The notes under the pieces: generated by a model
Seen by the model: the letters and a program-made list of their open reading frames with translations, nothing else
Database searches by the model: none
Told to the model about the DNA's origin: nothing
In this document: piece by piece, positions 12,553 through 25,704 of the stretch
Layout of the letters: each line of letters starts with the position of its first letter
Numbering within the stretch: the first letter of the stretch is position 1
Program-made: the position numbers and the translations under genes
Source: Octopus sinensis
Taxonomy: Eukaryota
Direction: 5' to 3'
NCBI RefSeq assembly: GCF_006345805.1
Contig: NC_043007.1
Span: 15,624,001 to 15,688,000 of the forward strand
Length of the DNA: 64,000 nucleotides

Positions 12553-12844
12553 GTGGAGGCGCAATGGTCCAGTGGTTAGGGCAGTAAACTCGCGGTTGTA
12601 GGATCGAGGTTTCGATTCCCAAACCGGGCGTTGTGAGTGTCTTTTGATCGAAAACACCTAAAGCTCAACAAGGTGGCGATCCCTGCTGTATACTTTCGCC
12701 ACACTTTCTCTCACTCTTTCTTCTATTGGCCTGCTCTCTTAGCCAGCGGGGTGGCTTCATTTGAAGGCTAACACAATGCGAAACGCATTGTGACCAGCGA
12801 TGTGTATCAACATCTGATAGCCTGGTCGGTCACGGTAATCACGG
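12553..12844 (+). mobile_element. Family-A SINE with alternative tail (type 2)
   Basis: A-type head and body, then TTGGCCTGCTCTCTTAGCCAGCGGGGTGGC...GGTCGGTCACG; second copy at 36357-36666. Confidence 0.85.
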
Positions 12845-12853
12845 TGGTATAGG

Positions 12854-12893
<40 letters not shown>

Positions 12894-13229
12894 GTATGGG
12901 GGATTAGTTCACAGATAATCTAAACGATTAGGTACGCTAGGTAAGTGGTATAATGGATAACTAGGACTCCAAGGTTATAGCTGCGACTGTATGAGACTGT
13001 GGTTATGGAGCCATTGCAGATTGATTTTCGATGCAGCGGATATTTACTATTTAACAATTATATATATATATATATATATGTAATTGCTTATATATATATA
13101 TATATAATAATAATAAATATTAGGGAATAAATCCAAATTTACAGGGAAAAATCAGATTTAGGATTGAATCCAATTTTATAGTAAAATATTATATAATATT
13201 AATTTAAAATTGAATAGAAGGTCTGAAAA

Positions 13230-13275
13230 CCACCTGATGGATGTCCTTAGAAGTGACAAGAAACAATTGTAGTGG
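13230..13275 (+). ncRNA. Minimal type-I hammerhead ribozyme (one core deviation)
   Basis: CCAC-CTGATGG-A-TGTC(9 nt)GACA-A-GAAA-CAATTG-TA-GTGG; lies in a ~260-bp AT-rich insert (13115-13375) between (TA)n tracts. Confidence 0.7.
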
Positions 13276-13482
13276 ATAACTTAATTTTATTTAATTTATA
13301 TAAAAAATTTTATGTATTGGATTAAGTCTTTCTTTGTTTGATTTGCATAATAGTGGTTTTGTCTCTAATTAATATTATATATATATATAAAAGCAATTAT
13401 GAGGATAAACAAATTACACACGTCAAATATATTAACTATATTAAATATATTAAATGCATGAAAATGTGTATACATATATATA

Positions 13483-13876
13483 CAGGGGTTGGACAAAATA
13501 ATGGAAACACCTCGCATCATACCATCACAATTTTGAAATATATATAAAACCGTCAAAAACTAGTTTATTTTTATGTTTTTTTGGTTTATCATTAGTGTTG
13601 CCTAATATGTTTTGATGTAATTGCTGTCTTCTTTTCAGATATCATCAGAAAAAAAAGATAATTAAAAATTCAAGAAACTGACAGTTCTATCGGACATTCA
13701 AAGAGGTCAAATTGTTGGTGCTCGTATTGTAAGCGCTAGCGTAACAAAACAGCTTGAATGTTTGGTGTATCAAAAATTACTGCCTCAATAGTAAAAAGGG
13801 AAAAACCTCCTCGTCGAAACAAAACTTCGGAGGAAAACCAAAACTTTCAGATAGGGACCGTCGGAGTCTTACGCGT
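13483..13876 (+). mobile_element. Tc1-like transposon 5' relic
   Basis: TA followed by TIR CAGGGGTTGGACAAAATAATGGAAACACC; frameshifted peptide LSDIQRGQIVGARIVSASVTK...GKTSSSKQNFGGKPKLSDRDRRSL, typical of a Tc1 transposase N-terminus. Confidence 0.85.
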
Positions 13877-13968
13877 CTTCTCAATAATTTTCATGTGCCA
13901 CGTCCTCGCGATGTTGTTTTTCCTGTCTTTAATTTCCGTTTTTTTAAAATTAATTATATGTATATATA

Positions 13969-14170
13969 AGGCGTATGAGTGACTGTAGGGTAAGTAGCTT
14001 GCTTACGAACTACATGGTTCCGGGTTCAGTCCCACTGCGTAGCAACATGGGCAAGTGTCTTCTACTAAAGCCTCGGGCCGACCAAAGTCTTTTGAGTTGA
14101 TTTCGTAGACGGAAACTGAAAGAATCCCGTCATATGTATATATATATATATATGTATGTATGTATGTATG

Positions 14171-14204
<34 letters not shown>

Positions 14205-14335
14205 TGTATGTATGTATGTATGTATGTGTATATGTTTGTGTGTCTGTGTTTGTCCCCCAACGTCCTCGTAAATTAGCAGTTCGGCAAAAGAGAGCGTTAG
14301 AATAAGTCCTAGGCTTACAAAGAATAAGTCCTGGG
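13969..14335 (+). mobile_element. Family-C SINE, partially deleted
   Basis: Head, GGGCAAGTGTCTTCTACT, internal (TATG)n, partial tail. Confidence 0.85.
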
Positions 14336-14343
14336 ATATATAT

Positions 14344-14378
<35 letters not shown>

Positions 14379-15574
14379 AAGAGAGACAGAGAGTGCAGAT
14401 GCTACTCGGTGGCATTTGAAACTCTTCCGAAACTAGTACGATGTCAGAAAAAGTTCCGTATCATCAGCTTTTCATTCCGAACCTTGGACGCTTCGCCTGT
14501 TTGCGGTGGCGAGAACTGAAGCTATGTTCGTCTGCTGATGGGTTCCTCTCGCATTTTCTTGTCACCTCCATCCATTTAGGGCTGGTTTCAACTGACATGC
14601 TTATATCCTTGGTGTCTTCTTGCAATCGTCTGAGTTACAGACCAACGTTCTACTGGAAATAGCACACCTTCGAAATTATCTGTTCCGGCCTGTTCCCATT
14701 TGCCTTGCATTTTCTCTCTCCCTCTCTACCTCATCTCTCTCTATCTATTTATTTACATGATACTATGTGTCTTTCCTACTAATGCCTAAGTACAAGCCAA
14801 ACCTAACAGTCAAATACATGCGCATGCAAGGTCTTAAAACAATATTTAAACGAAATTTTAATTTAATCTATTTATGCACAAAACGGCATGTTTATCATGT
14901 ACCGTTAATTGCATTTCCGTCCCAGTGCGCAACACTATAGGCAAGACTATTATATCATAGCCTTAGGTTGACTAATTACCTATGAATGGAATTAGATTGT
15001 CGGAGACAAGCACGCACACGCGCAAATACACACTCACATGCACACACACACACACATACATATAAGTACTGTTGTCCTCGGGATGGTCATTTTATCTATT
15101 ATTATTTTTTTCCCCAAAAAGATGTGTGACGAAAGATTTCCGGACAATAGACAGGCGTCAAGATAAGAAAAATAATAAAATAACAGTAATAAACGAGAGA
15201 AGAAAAAAATAGTGTGGATGTTTCTTTGGCAAAAAACAAACAATAATAATAAATAAATGACCATCTCAAAGTAGAACAATTTCTTTTCAACAATCGATTT
15301 CACATCAAGAATCTGCAAAAAATTGATAAACGTTATATATAATATATATATATATTATATAGTATATATATATATATATATATAGATATATATATATACA
15401 TATATATATATAAACAAAGATAAATGCGATACAATAAAATTAATTATAATCGCCGGTGTACCAGTACACGCCATATATTATACATATCATTACATTCAAG
15501 GCGAAGAGGCCCTAGATACACAATAGCTGGATAAATTAGTGAGATGAAAATTAAAACTTTATAAACTTAACTTT

Positions 15575-15646
15575 TCTTATACTGAAGTTTCGCCAATTCA
15601 GTAATAAAAATAGTATTTATTTACTCAGGCTGGCTCTTCAGTAAGA
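15575..15646 (-). ncRNA. Type-I hammerhead ribozyme
   Basis: Minus strand TCTTA-CTGAAGA-GCCA(long loop)TGGC-GAAA-CTTCAG-TA-TAAGA. Confidence 0.85.
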
Positions 15647-15970
15647 TTCCTGTTAATGATGGGAAGACCATATCAAAGACCCATGTGCGTCTATCGAAAT
15701 GCTCTTTCTAAACTATTCAAAACACTGCGCAGACTCAGAACAAACCCGACAAATAGGGGATGTGGTATATCGTCTAACGGTCAGAAATTTATCGAGAGAT
15801 ATGTAAACAAAGATAATGCGATACATGAAATTATTATAATCGCCGGTGTCAACCAGTACACGCCATATATTATACTATATCATTACATTCAAGGCGAAGA
15901 GTGCACTAGATACACAATAGCTGGATAAATTTAGTGAGATGAAAATTAAAAACTTTTATAACTTAACTTT

Positions 15971-16040
15971 TCTTATACTGCAGTTTCGCCAATTCAGTAT
16001 AAAAATAGTATTTATTTACTCAGGCTGGCTCTTCATAAGA
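15971..16040 (-). ncRNA. Type-I hammerhead ribozyme, second tandem copy (C3 missing in this assembly)
   Basis: TCTTA-TGAAGA-GCCA...TGGC-GAAA-CTGCAG-TA-TAAGA; stem III is the perfect palindrome ACTGCAGT. Confidence 0.7.
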
Positions 16041-16139
16041 TTCCTGTTAATGAAGGGAAGACCATATATATATATTATATATATATATATATTAATATAT
16101 ATAATATAATATAATAATATACATATATCTATATATACA

Positions 16140-16181
<42 letters not shown>

Positions 16182-16205
16182 CCACACACACACACACAAC
16201 ACACA

Positions 16206-16239
<34 letters not shown>

Positions 16240-16269
16240 TTATATATATAGTGAAAGTACATCACATTA

Positions 16270-16508
16270 AAATAGAGATGTTATTGTTTCACTTTTGACG
16301 CGTAATACCGAAATAGTGTAAGTGATAAGAGATTGCTCTAGGCTCTCACTGGGCAAGAAGTTGAAGACTGTTTTGGCCCATGACAATGCATGTACCCTAA
16401 AATATGGTATGTGTACAATCAGAATGAAATCGGTTATGTAGTTTCCGAGTTTGAAGGATTCACACAGACAGGCAGATAGATACACATTCTCAGTTTTATA
16501 TATTAAGA
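16270..16508 (-). mobile_element. Probable Helitron 5' fragment
   Basis: Minus strand begins TCTTAATATATAAAACTGAGAATGTGTATCTATCTGCCTGTCTGTG, like the other Helitron 5' ends; no CTAG end seen. Confidence 0.5.
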
Positions 16509-16829
16509 TGTATATACACATACACAAACACATACACATACGCATATATATGAGTTGGCGGTTGTAAATCGCTGTGTATCTCGGGATGCGTGTCTGGCTG
16601 TGTTCGGTTTAGCGTCTGTAGCTTCGGGTTCGTGTGTTAAAAATATTAATTAAATGCATTTTTAAAAAAAATCATATTATTATGTCATGTATGTTAAGGT
16701 TTACTCAGGTGTGAAATTAATATTAATTAAATTCTACGTATTTTTGAAATACTATCTTATGAATCTTAGAATTATATTTTAGAATATAGATCTACATTTC
16801 ACGTATTGAAAATATTCATTCGTACAAAT

Positions 16830-17175
16830 ATATGTGTGTGTATGAGTGTGTGTATATATGTGTGTGTGTGTGTGTGTGTCTGTGTCTGTGTCCTGTATGT
16901 GCGAGTGTGTGTATCTGTGTGCCTGAGTATGTGTGTGTATTTGTGTTTGTGTGCCTGTGTGCATGTGTGTGTGTCTGTGTGCGTGTGTGTGTCTGTGTAT
17001 GTCTGTGTGTATGTCTGTGTGTGTATGTGTGTGTATGTCTGTGCGTGTGTGTGTGTGTATGTGTGTGTTTGTGTGTGTGTGTCTGTGCGTGTGCGTGTGT
17101 GTGTGTGTGTGTATGTGTGTGTTTGTGTGTGTGTTCGTGTGTGTGTGTCTGTGTGTGTGTGTTATGTGCGTGTCT
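16830..17175. repeat. (GT)n-rich microsatellite
   Basis: Long imperfect TG run; source of the VCVC/THTH pseudo-ORFs. Confidence 0.95.
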
Positions 17176-17494
17176 ATCGCTCACTACTAAATGTGTGGTA
17201 TCTTTTATAATGCATCTTATGATATATAGGTTAGAGAAAGAAGGCGGATATGAGAGTTCGATTGTATTGATCGTAATACAGAGTGATATATCAGTGGAAT
17301 CGGATTAGCATGGATGTTAAGCAACACACACACACACCACACACACACACACACACAAGCACACCGATAGATAAAGGTATAATAGAGGACTTTTGAATAG
17401 ATCTCTTCAGATTGTTACCCTGCAACCAGGTGTTTTTTACCATTTAGCATTCTACAGAGATAACAGCATTCTTCCGTCATTACTCTTTGTTGCG

Positions 17495-19085
17495 AAGGCG
17501 GCGAGCTGGCAGAGACGTTAGCTCGTCGGGCGTAATGCTTAGCAGTATTTCGCCTGCCGTTATGTTCTGAGTTCAAATTCCGCCGAGGTCGACTTTGCCT
17601 TTCATCCTTCCGGGGTCGATTAAATAAGTACCAGTTACGCACCGGAGCAACATGAAATAAAGTATCTTGGGGTCGATGTAATCGACTTAATCCGTTTGTA
17701 TGTCCTTGTTTGTCCTCTCTGTGTTTAGCCCCTTGTGGGTAGTAAAGAAATAGGTATTTCGTCTGCCGTTACGTTCTGAGTTCAAATTCCGCCGAGGTCG
17801 ACTTTGCCTTTCATCCTTTGGGGGTCGATTAAATAAGTACCAGTTAATCGACTTAATCCGATTAGTAAAGAAATAGGTATTTCGTCTGCCGTTACGTTCT
17901 GAGTTCAAATTCCACCGAGGTCGACTCTGAGGTTGACTTTGCCTTTCATCCTTTCGAGGTCGATAAATTAAGTACCAGTTACGCACTGGGGTCGATGTAA
18001 TCGACTTAATCCGTTTGTCTGTCCTTGTTTGTCCTCTCTGTGTTTAGCCTCTTGTGGGTAGCAAAGAAATAGGTATTTCGTCTGTCTTTACGTTCTGAGT
18101 TCAAATTCTGCTGAGGTCGACTTTGCTTTTCATCCTTTCGGGTTCGATAAATTAAGTACCAGTTACGTACTGGGGTCGATGTAATCGATTTAATCCCTTT
18201 GTCTGTTCTTCTTTGTCCCCTCTATGTTTAGTCACTTGTGGGCAATAAAGAAATAAGTAACCTTAGCACGCCGGGCGAAATGCTTAGCGGTATTTCGTCT
18301 GTCTTTAAATTCTGAGTTCAAATTACGCCGAGTTCGACTTTACCTTTCATCCTTTTGGGGTCGATAAATTAAGTACCAGTTACGTACTGATTTCGATCTC
18401 ATCCAATGCACCCCCACCCCACCCCAAAAAAAATTGTGCCTAGAGTAGAAAATTATTCTTTGATGTGAGGTGGCAAGCTGGCAGCATCGTTAGCACGCCG
18501 GGCAAATTACGGAGTGGCATTTTGTCCGTCTTTATGTTTTAGTTCATATTCCGCCGATATCGACTTTGCCTTTCATCCTTTTGAAGTCGATAGAATAAGT
18601 ACCAGCTGATCACTGGGGTCGATAAAATCGATTTATCCATCTCTCCCGAAATTGCTGGCCTTGTGCCAAAATTTGAAACCAATATGACAGTGATCTAAGG
18701 CGGCGAGCTGGCAGAAACGTTAGCACGCCGGGCGAAATGCTTAGCGGTTTTTCGTCTGCCGCTACGTTCTGAGTTCGAATTCTGCCGAGGTCGACTTTGC
18801 CTTTCATCCTTTCGGAGTCGATAAATCAAGGACCAGTTAACAGGCACTGGGGTCAATGTACTCGACTTAATTCCTCTGTCTGTCCTTGTTTGTCGTCTCA
18901 TGCAAAATACTTAACGGCATTTCGTCCGTTTTTATGTTCTGAGTTCAAATTCAGCCGAGGGCGATTTTGCCTTTCATCCTTTCTGAACCGCCGAAATAAG
19001 TACCAATTGAGGAATGTTGAAATCAGTAATCGGCGTACACGCGCCCCTGAAATTGCCGGCCTTATACCAAAATTTGAAATCAATA
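17495..19085 (+). mobile_element. Tandem array of family-B SINE units (about 9 units)
   Basis: Heads at 17495, ~18470 and 18697; repeated GTATTTCGTCTG...GAGTTCAAATTCCGCCGAGGTCGACTTTGCCTTTCATCC units, all in the same orientation. Confidence 0.9.
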
Positions 19086-20379
19086 TTCTTTGTTACAACA
19101 CATTATGAATTTGATGCAATCATAGCTGTTTGGTTATGAACTTCAATTTGGAAATATGAAGTCCGGTGTTCGATTACATTTCTCTGCTCTCTAGTTTTTT
19201 GTAGGAGCACGCGATCATATCTCGGTACTCATACATAAAATATAGATTTTAAAAAAAAATTACTGACATCTGCTATCTTCATAAATTTGGCATTAGTCTT
19301 TGTATTGAACTTAATATTTGTTTTTAATATTCTATTCCTGACAGTAGAATAAAGATAGGAAGAACTATATGTTAAACTATGGGGTGTTGCCAAAGTCGAG
19401 ATAGATATGCTGTCGGCAAAATAATTGAAACAAAGCTATCATGCTTTTTGTTTTGTGCGTGTTTATGCGTAAACCTTATTCAAGCCGCAGCATGGAGAGG
19501 GCGAGTCATAATTTTCTGCATTGCCTGGTGGATGATAAGATGCCGATGGTATTTAAATAACAATGTCATCAACGGAGATCAACAATTATTTTGGCGTGTT
19601 TCCATAGAAAGTTCACCCATTGCATGCTTTGTAGCTTAATCTAAAACCTGAAGCCCATGGGAAGTTTGCTGAAATTCTTCAGCCATGCATTATTGCTGCT
19701 TCGGGTGCAGGAGGTTAAACTTTAATTAAAACAAATAAGATAATTAAACAAATAAAAAACATAGTTCCAAAACAATTCTCTTCTGCATAGCAACGTCAGT
19801 GTTATTGATTGTATAGCTTTGAACCCTATAACTTTATGCTCATTAACTCGCCTTCCTCGACTAGTAACTGAATTACACAGATACCACCTCCATATTCTCA
19901 GCCTGTGTTACTTCCAACTCCTCAGTGTACACATGCAATGCAATCCTTTTCAACTAACCCGGTTGTTCTTCATCCTACCAATTTCAATAAATGGTACACA
20001 GCAGCCGGAGAAAGGAGCTCTAAGTGGTTGCACAATGTGACGAAAATGACAGCTAAACAGCCCCCAGACTATACTAAACCATTTTTGTTAAAGAACAAGG
20101 CGTTAGAATATGTCGTCTTGCAAAACGCTCCAAAAGGCCACCACCTACAATAACTGATAGTAGACTTTCTTGTAAATACACACACACACACACACACAAA
20201 ACACGCACGCAAACACCACACACACACACACACACACAACACAAAACACGCACGCAAACACACACACACACACACACACACCACACGCGCACAGAGGGGC
20301 TGCCCTACAGTTACCGTCTTCCAAATTCATTCACATTCGACAAAAGGCTACTTTAAAAGACCGACAGAAAGAGAATATG

Positions 20380-20465
20380 ATAGATAGAAAGATAGACAGA
20401 CAGATAGATACATAGATAGATACATAGATAAATAGATAAGTAGGAAGATAGATAGATATGTAAAT

Positions 20466-20555
<90 letters not shown>

Positions 20556-20605
20556 ACAGGTAGGTATGTAGGTAGGTAGGTAGGTAGGTAGGTAGGTAGG
20601 TAGAC
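20380..20605. repeat. (GATA)n/(GGTA)n microsatellite
   Basis: Direct inspection; another (GATA)n run at 510-573. Confidence 0.95.
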
Positions 20606-21170
20606 ACACGGACAGACAGAGACTGACAGATCAAGCGGCAGACCAACTAATAAACGGTTCTGACTATGTATGTATGTATGTATGGATGTATGTATGTATG
20701 TATGTATGTATGTATGTATGTATGTATTTATGTATGTATGTATCTATATATGTATATATGTTATATATATATATATATATATATTATACATATATATATA
20801 TATATAATATATAGATACATATATACATATATATATATATAATAGATAGATAGATAGATAGATAGTAGATAGATAGATAGATAGATAGTAGATAGAGAGG
20901 TAGATATAGACAGATAGATAGATAGATACATACATACATACATACATACATACATACATACATTCATACATACATGGTCAGAACCGTTATTATTTGGTCT
21001 GCCGCTGGGTCTGTGTCTGTCATTGTTGACAAATTAAATACAAATATAATATTATATATATATATATATAATATATATTATATAATATATCAATGTATGT
21101 ATGTATGTAGTGTGTGTGTGTCCGTCCATATGTATGTATGTATGTATGTATGTATCTACAGATATATATA

Positions 21171-21211
<41 letters not shown>

Positions 21212-21813
21212 CTGTGTGTATGTGTGTATGGACACACACAAATGCCTACTTGCACAATAACAACAATAAACAGAAAGAAATAAAGAAATAAACAAACAGA
21301 CATTTGATCCACACGCACAGTTTTATTTATATATACATAAAGAAGGAATAATTTTGAGAATAATACCGAAATTGTATCCGCTTCACCAGGTAATAATAAA
21401 AAATAAATATCTACGAACGGGCTTGGCTGTGTCAAAATATTGCGTGTCTAAGTGTGCATATAAATACGTGTAAGCATACATACACACAGACAGAGAAACA
21501 AGCTGGGTTTAAAGATGGCGCGAATGCATTGCTTTTAATGGAGGCTACGGTATACAGAAGATTTCTGCAGAGGAAAAGGTACTCCGTCAACATGTACAAT
21601 TAATTTTCGGTCCAGTTATCACACACACACAACACACACACACACACACACACACAGACACACGCACACACTGCTTTTGATTCATCTGTCTGCGCTAATC
21701 AATTCATCTACTCGTTTGCGATTCTTGGTGTCAGAGGTCACAGTTGGTAGTCTCCCACAGCGTGCCTTGTTTCAACGATGGGTTCCCTTTCTTTTAATAT
21801 ATGTATATATTAT

Positions 21814-21859
<46 letters not shown>

Positions 21860-21888
21860 TATATAGATATATACACATGCATATTTGT

Positions 21889-21988
21889 NNNNNNNNNNNN
21901 NNNNNNNNNNNNNNNNNNNNNNNNNNNNNNNNNNNNNNNNNNNNNNNNNNNNNNNNNNNNNNNNNNNNNNNNNNNNNNNNNNNNNNNN
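21889..21988. other. Assembly gap (100 N)
   Basis: Run of n; the right side starts inside a family-B SINE (21989-22138). Confidence 0.99.
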
Positions 21989-22351
21989 AAATTCCGTCGA
22001 GGTCGACTTGCCTTTCATCCTTTTGGGTCGATAAATTAAGTACCAGTTACGCACTGGGGTCGATGTAATTGACTTAATCCGTTTGTCTGTCCTCGTTTGC
22101 CCCCTCTATGTTTAGCCGCTTGTGGGTAATAAAGAAAAATATATAGTAAAACTGCGTCTGTTCAAAAACACGTCAGAAACACTAGCATATAATTTAACTA
22201 AAAATGTGGTTAAAAACAAGAGATATTTTTGCCTCAGTTACTATAACTGATGACTCCAAACGTGGTAGAAATTAATACATATTGAGATACCACTGGCACA
22301 CGGTGGGTACTAGAATTAGAACTCGCTTTAATACTGTCTATAATAATTGAA

Positions 22352-22730
22352 AGGCGCAATGGCCCAGTGGTTAGGGCAGCGGACTCGCGGTCGTAGGATC
22401 GCGGTTTCGATTCCCAGACCGGGCGTTGTGAGTGTTTATTGAGCGAAAACACCTAAAGCTCCACGAGGCTCCGGCAGGGATGGTGGTGATACCTGCTGTA
22501 CTCTTTCACCACAACTTTCTCTCACTCTTACTTCCTGTTTCTGTTGTACCTGTATTTCAAAGGGCCGGCATTGTCACACTCTGTGTCACGCTGAATATCC
22601 CCGAGAACTACGTTAAGGGTACACGTGTCTGTGGAGTGCTCAGCCACTTACACGTTAATTTCACGAGCAGGCTGTTCCGTTGATCGGATCAACCGGAACC
22701 CTCGTCGTCGTAACCGACGGAGTGCTTCCA
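22352..22730 (+). mobile_element. Family-A SINE, full length
   Basis: Complete head, body and tail 1; TSD ATAATTGAAA on both sides. Confidence 0.92.
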
Positions 22731-23104
22731 ATAATTGAAAAATGAGGGCATGACATTGCTGTATAAAAACTAATCTATATAGAAAGACAACAGCTGTAGT
22801 ACATTGAACCAACGTGGAACTATCTAAGCGCAACGACGTGACATTACAGACGCGGCAGCCAAAGTTGGCTGAAAATATTGCATCATACTTTGTTAAACTA
22901 AAATTAGGCCGTATTAGGAAATGTTGATCTCGGTACACTAGTTTTGAAAAAAAATGGGATTGTCTTTGCTAGATCGCCATCCATTATCGATTTGTTTGAT
23001 CAGGTTGATGTAATGCTAAGTATATATGTAAAACAAAAGACAAAGCCAGGTGTAGGTGCAACAAGCAGGTATAATAGTTTAACACTCGGGAAGAATGGAA
23101 ATGT

Positions 23105-23140
23105 CTTTTACGTTTCGAGCCTACGCTCTTCAGCAGAAAA
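23105..23140 (-). ncRNA. Family-D minimal HHR-like motif (A6C variant)
   Basis: Minus strand TTTT-CTGCTGA-A-GAGC-GTAG-GCTC-GAAA-CGT-A-AAAG. Confidence 0.55.
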
Positions 23141-23253
23141 GATTGAAAGGGAAAAAAACGGACAGAGAAAAATGTGTAGAGATTAACAGTTCAACATTAC
23201 ACACACACACACACACACAGATATACATATATACACATAATTATAAACACACA

Positions 23254-23330
<77 letters not shown>

Positions 23331-23677
23331 TAGATAAGAAAGTTTGTTTGGTAAAGCACGTGGGTGAATATATAAGAAAATAGTAAAGTGTGAAAAAACG
23401 ACTCCAGACATTTTGACACAAATATATATATTTTTTAACATTTAAGCCTTCTGTCGTTTTTTCACACTTTACTATTTTCTTATATATATATATATATATA
23501 TATATATCTTTTATTCTTTTACTTGTTTCAGTCATTTGACTGCGGCCATGGTGGAGCACCACCTTTGCTCGAAGAAATCGCCCCCAGGATTTATTGTTTG
23601 TAAACCTATCACTCATTCCATCGGTCTTTTTTGAAGAGGACGTAAACATAACCAACATATATTTATATATTATATAT

Positions 23678-23716
<39 letters not shown>

Positions 23717-23726
23717 TATTATATAC

Positions 23727-23781
<55 letters not shown>

Positions 23782-23816
23782 TTAGTTTCCACAAAATAGA
23801 CCGAGTATCCAATAAT

Positions 23817-24178
23817 ATATCGTAAAACAACAAAAAATTACTGATTATGGCATATAACAGGTTAGAATATTCCCGTTCGTTTTGCGTCGAATATTGCCAT
23901 TATACAATGTTGCCAATTGTTACCACGCCGGAAATTCTTCCAACGTTCTCTGTTCAAATGCTTCCAGGGTCGACTTTATCTTTCTTTTCTAAAATATGTA
24001 CTCGTTGAACACTGGTGTTAAGTGATTCAACTGATATACCTCATTCCTGGAATAGCCTCGAAATGTTTTATCAAACATTGAAATCAATATTGTCTCGTGG
24101 CAATATTCGGTGCTAAACCGACTGTAACGTTATAACTAGTTATAACCACAATCAGTAATACAGTGTTTGACGATATAC
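23817..24178. mobile_element. Old MITE-like element with degenerate ~85-bp inverted ends
   Basis: TATCGTAAAACA..TTACTGATTATGG..CGAATATTGCCA mirrors TGGCAATATTCG..CCACAATCAGTAA..TGTTTGACGATA. Confidence 0.5.
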
Positions 24179-24435
24179 GTATGTAAACTTGTAAGATATT
24201 TCATTTAGAAAACAGAAAATCTGCTTTCAGAATCATTAGCAATGTGGATGTTACTGAGAGACACAGCGTTAAGATTCCTGTCAGAGGTAGTACAAATGCT
24301 TCTGTGATATTGTGTGTACAAGATAATTTGTAAATTATCGTGTTTGGGTCAATCTAAATTGAGGAGGTTAAGAAGTATTGAGTATATGGGTATGACCAGT
24401 TATTTTGTATGGTTGGTTAGTAAAAATTACAATGC

Positions 24436-24718
24436 CTTTTAAACATACGAAGGAGCATTGTCTGTCAAGGTTCTCACCATATCTTCATGGATTTCTGATG
24501 GAGTCATGCCTTTCAAATGAAGCTACTTTATGACAGCACGATACTCAGTTTTCTCCATTTTCCTTGTAATCTGCAACAAAAAAAAAAAAATTAAAATATC
24601 AAAATCATGAAAATGAGCAAGAATACTCCGAAAAGACTATCCTTACCAGAAAAAATTGTTTCAGCTACCTAGCAGACCCGTTTCTAGGTTAGGCTCAACA
24701 CTTTTTGTACACCCCTCG
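24436..24718 (-). mobile_element. mariner-like transposon 5' relic
   Basis: TA followed by TIR CGAGGGGTGTACAAAAAGTGTTGAGCCT; minus-strand peptide MEKTEYRAVIK*LHLKGMTPSEIHEDMVRTLTDNAPSY. Confidence 0.85.
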
Positions 24719-25404
24719 TACAAGACCATATCGAGCGTAAACACAATATTGATATGGGGTATTCTAAAGTCAGAAAATAATATCTCAAACATACTTTTTA
24801 AGATATAAACAAAAGGTGAATGCCATTATACTACTTAATAACGTCTTGATTTTGAAACAAAATGCTACTGTGTTCGATATTAAATTAAGATACCGCGAAA
24901 CATGTAAATCATAGACAAATTTGTTTTATATATAGCTGAATATAGTCCTATATACATAAATCCCAACAAATCTGTCTATTGTGTAGATATAAAATCAGAG
25001 CTCTCCAGCAAGTATCACCACTTCCAGAAATACATACTGAAATGCTTTACCATTGACGCTCATACGTATACTTTTCATCCGCTAATTTATCCTTCTGTGA
25101 ATTGCTCTCCAACTTTACAGCTACGTCGTCACTATGGCATATTGCAGTACTCACATGAACACATAAGATCACCTCCTCACCCATAACCTGCATCGTTTTA
25201 TACTAACAGATACAATCACGGAGTTACAACGGTAACATTACAAGCAAGTTGAATAAAGATATTGATAATGAATTTTAGCTTTCTCTCTTTGTTGCTCCCT
25301 CTGTACTCTCAGACATATATCTGTATAAATCAATATACATATATGTTTGTGTGTTTATATAAGTAGAAATATATACATTGTACGTATATATGTATACATA
25401 TTGT

Positions 25405-25632
25405 AGGCGCTGGCAGAGTCGTTAGCACGCTGGGCGAAATGCTTTGCGGTATTTCGTCTATCGTTAGGTTCTGAGTTCAAATTCCGCCGAGGTCGACTTT
25501 GCCTTTCATCCTTTCAAGGTCGATTAAATAAGTACCAGTTACGCACTGGGGTTGATGTTATCGACTTAATCCGTGTGTCTGTCCTTGTTTGTCCCCTCTG
25601 TGTTTAGACCCTTGTGGGGCAGTAAAGAAATA
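25405..25632 (+). mobile_element. Family-B SINE monomer
   Basis: Head plus one unit ending GTAAAGAAATA. Confidence 0.88.
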
Positions 25633-25657
25633 GCTATATATTATATATATAATAATA

Positions 25658-25704
<47 letters not shown>

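Larger units (their letters stand above)
15411..16067 (-). mobile_element. Retrozyme-like / Penelope pLTR-like element: two ~263-bp direct repeats, each with an HHR
   Basis: Repeats 15411-15673 and 15804-16067 flank a 130-bp unique spacer; (TA)n on both sides; no real ORF. Confidence 0.8.

Noticed and set aside
14400-14700. Host exon or HHR in a GC-richer unique patch
   Set aside because: CTGATGA and GAAACTAGTA lie on opposite strands, and the short ORFs have no recognisable homology or splice support.
19379-19700. 86-aa ORF or host exon
   Set aside because: The sequence is unique-looking but has no motif I can recognise; it cannot be supported without RNA or homology data.
22242-22283. Intact HHR (CTGATGA-CTCCAAACGTGGTA-GAAA-TTAAT-A)
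   Set aside because: The core and stem III fit but stem I does not pair, so it is counted only as decayed. The same applies to 58628-58670.
22352-22425. tRNA genes
   Set aside because: A and B boxes are present, but the acceptor stem is not complete and the sequence always continues into a SINE body with TSDs.
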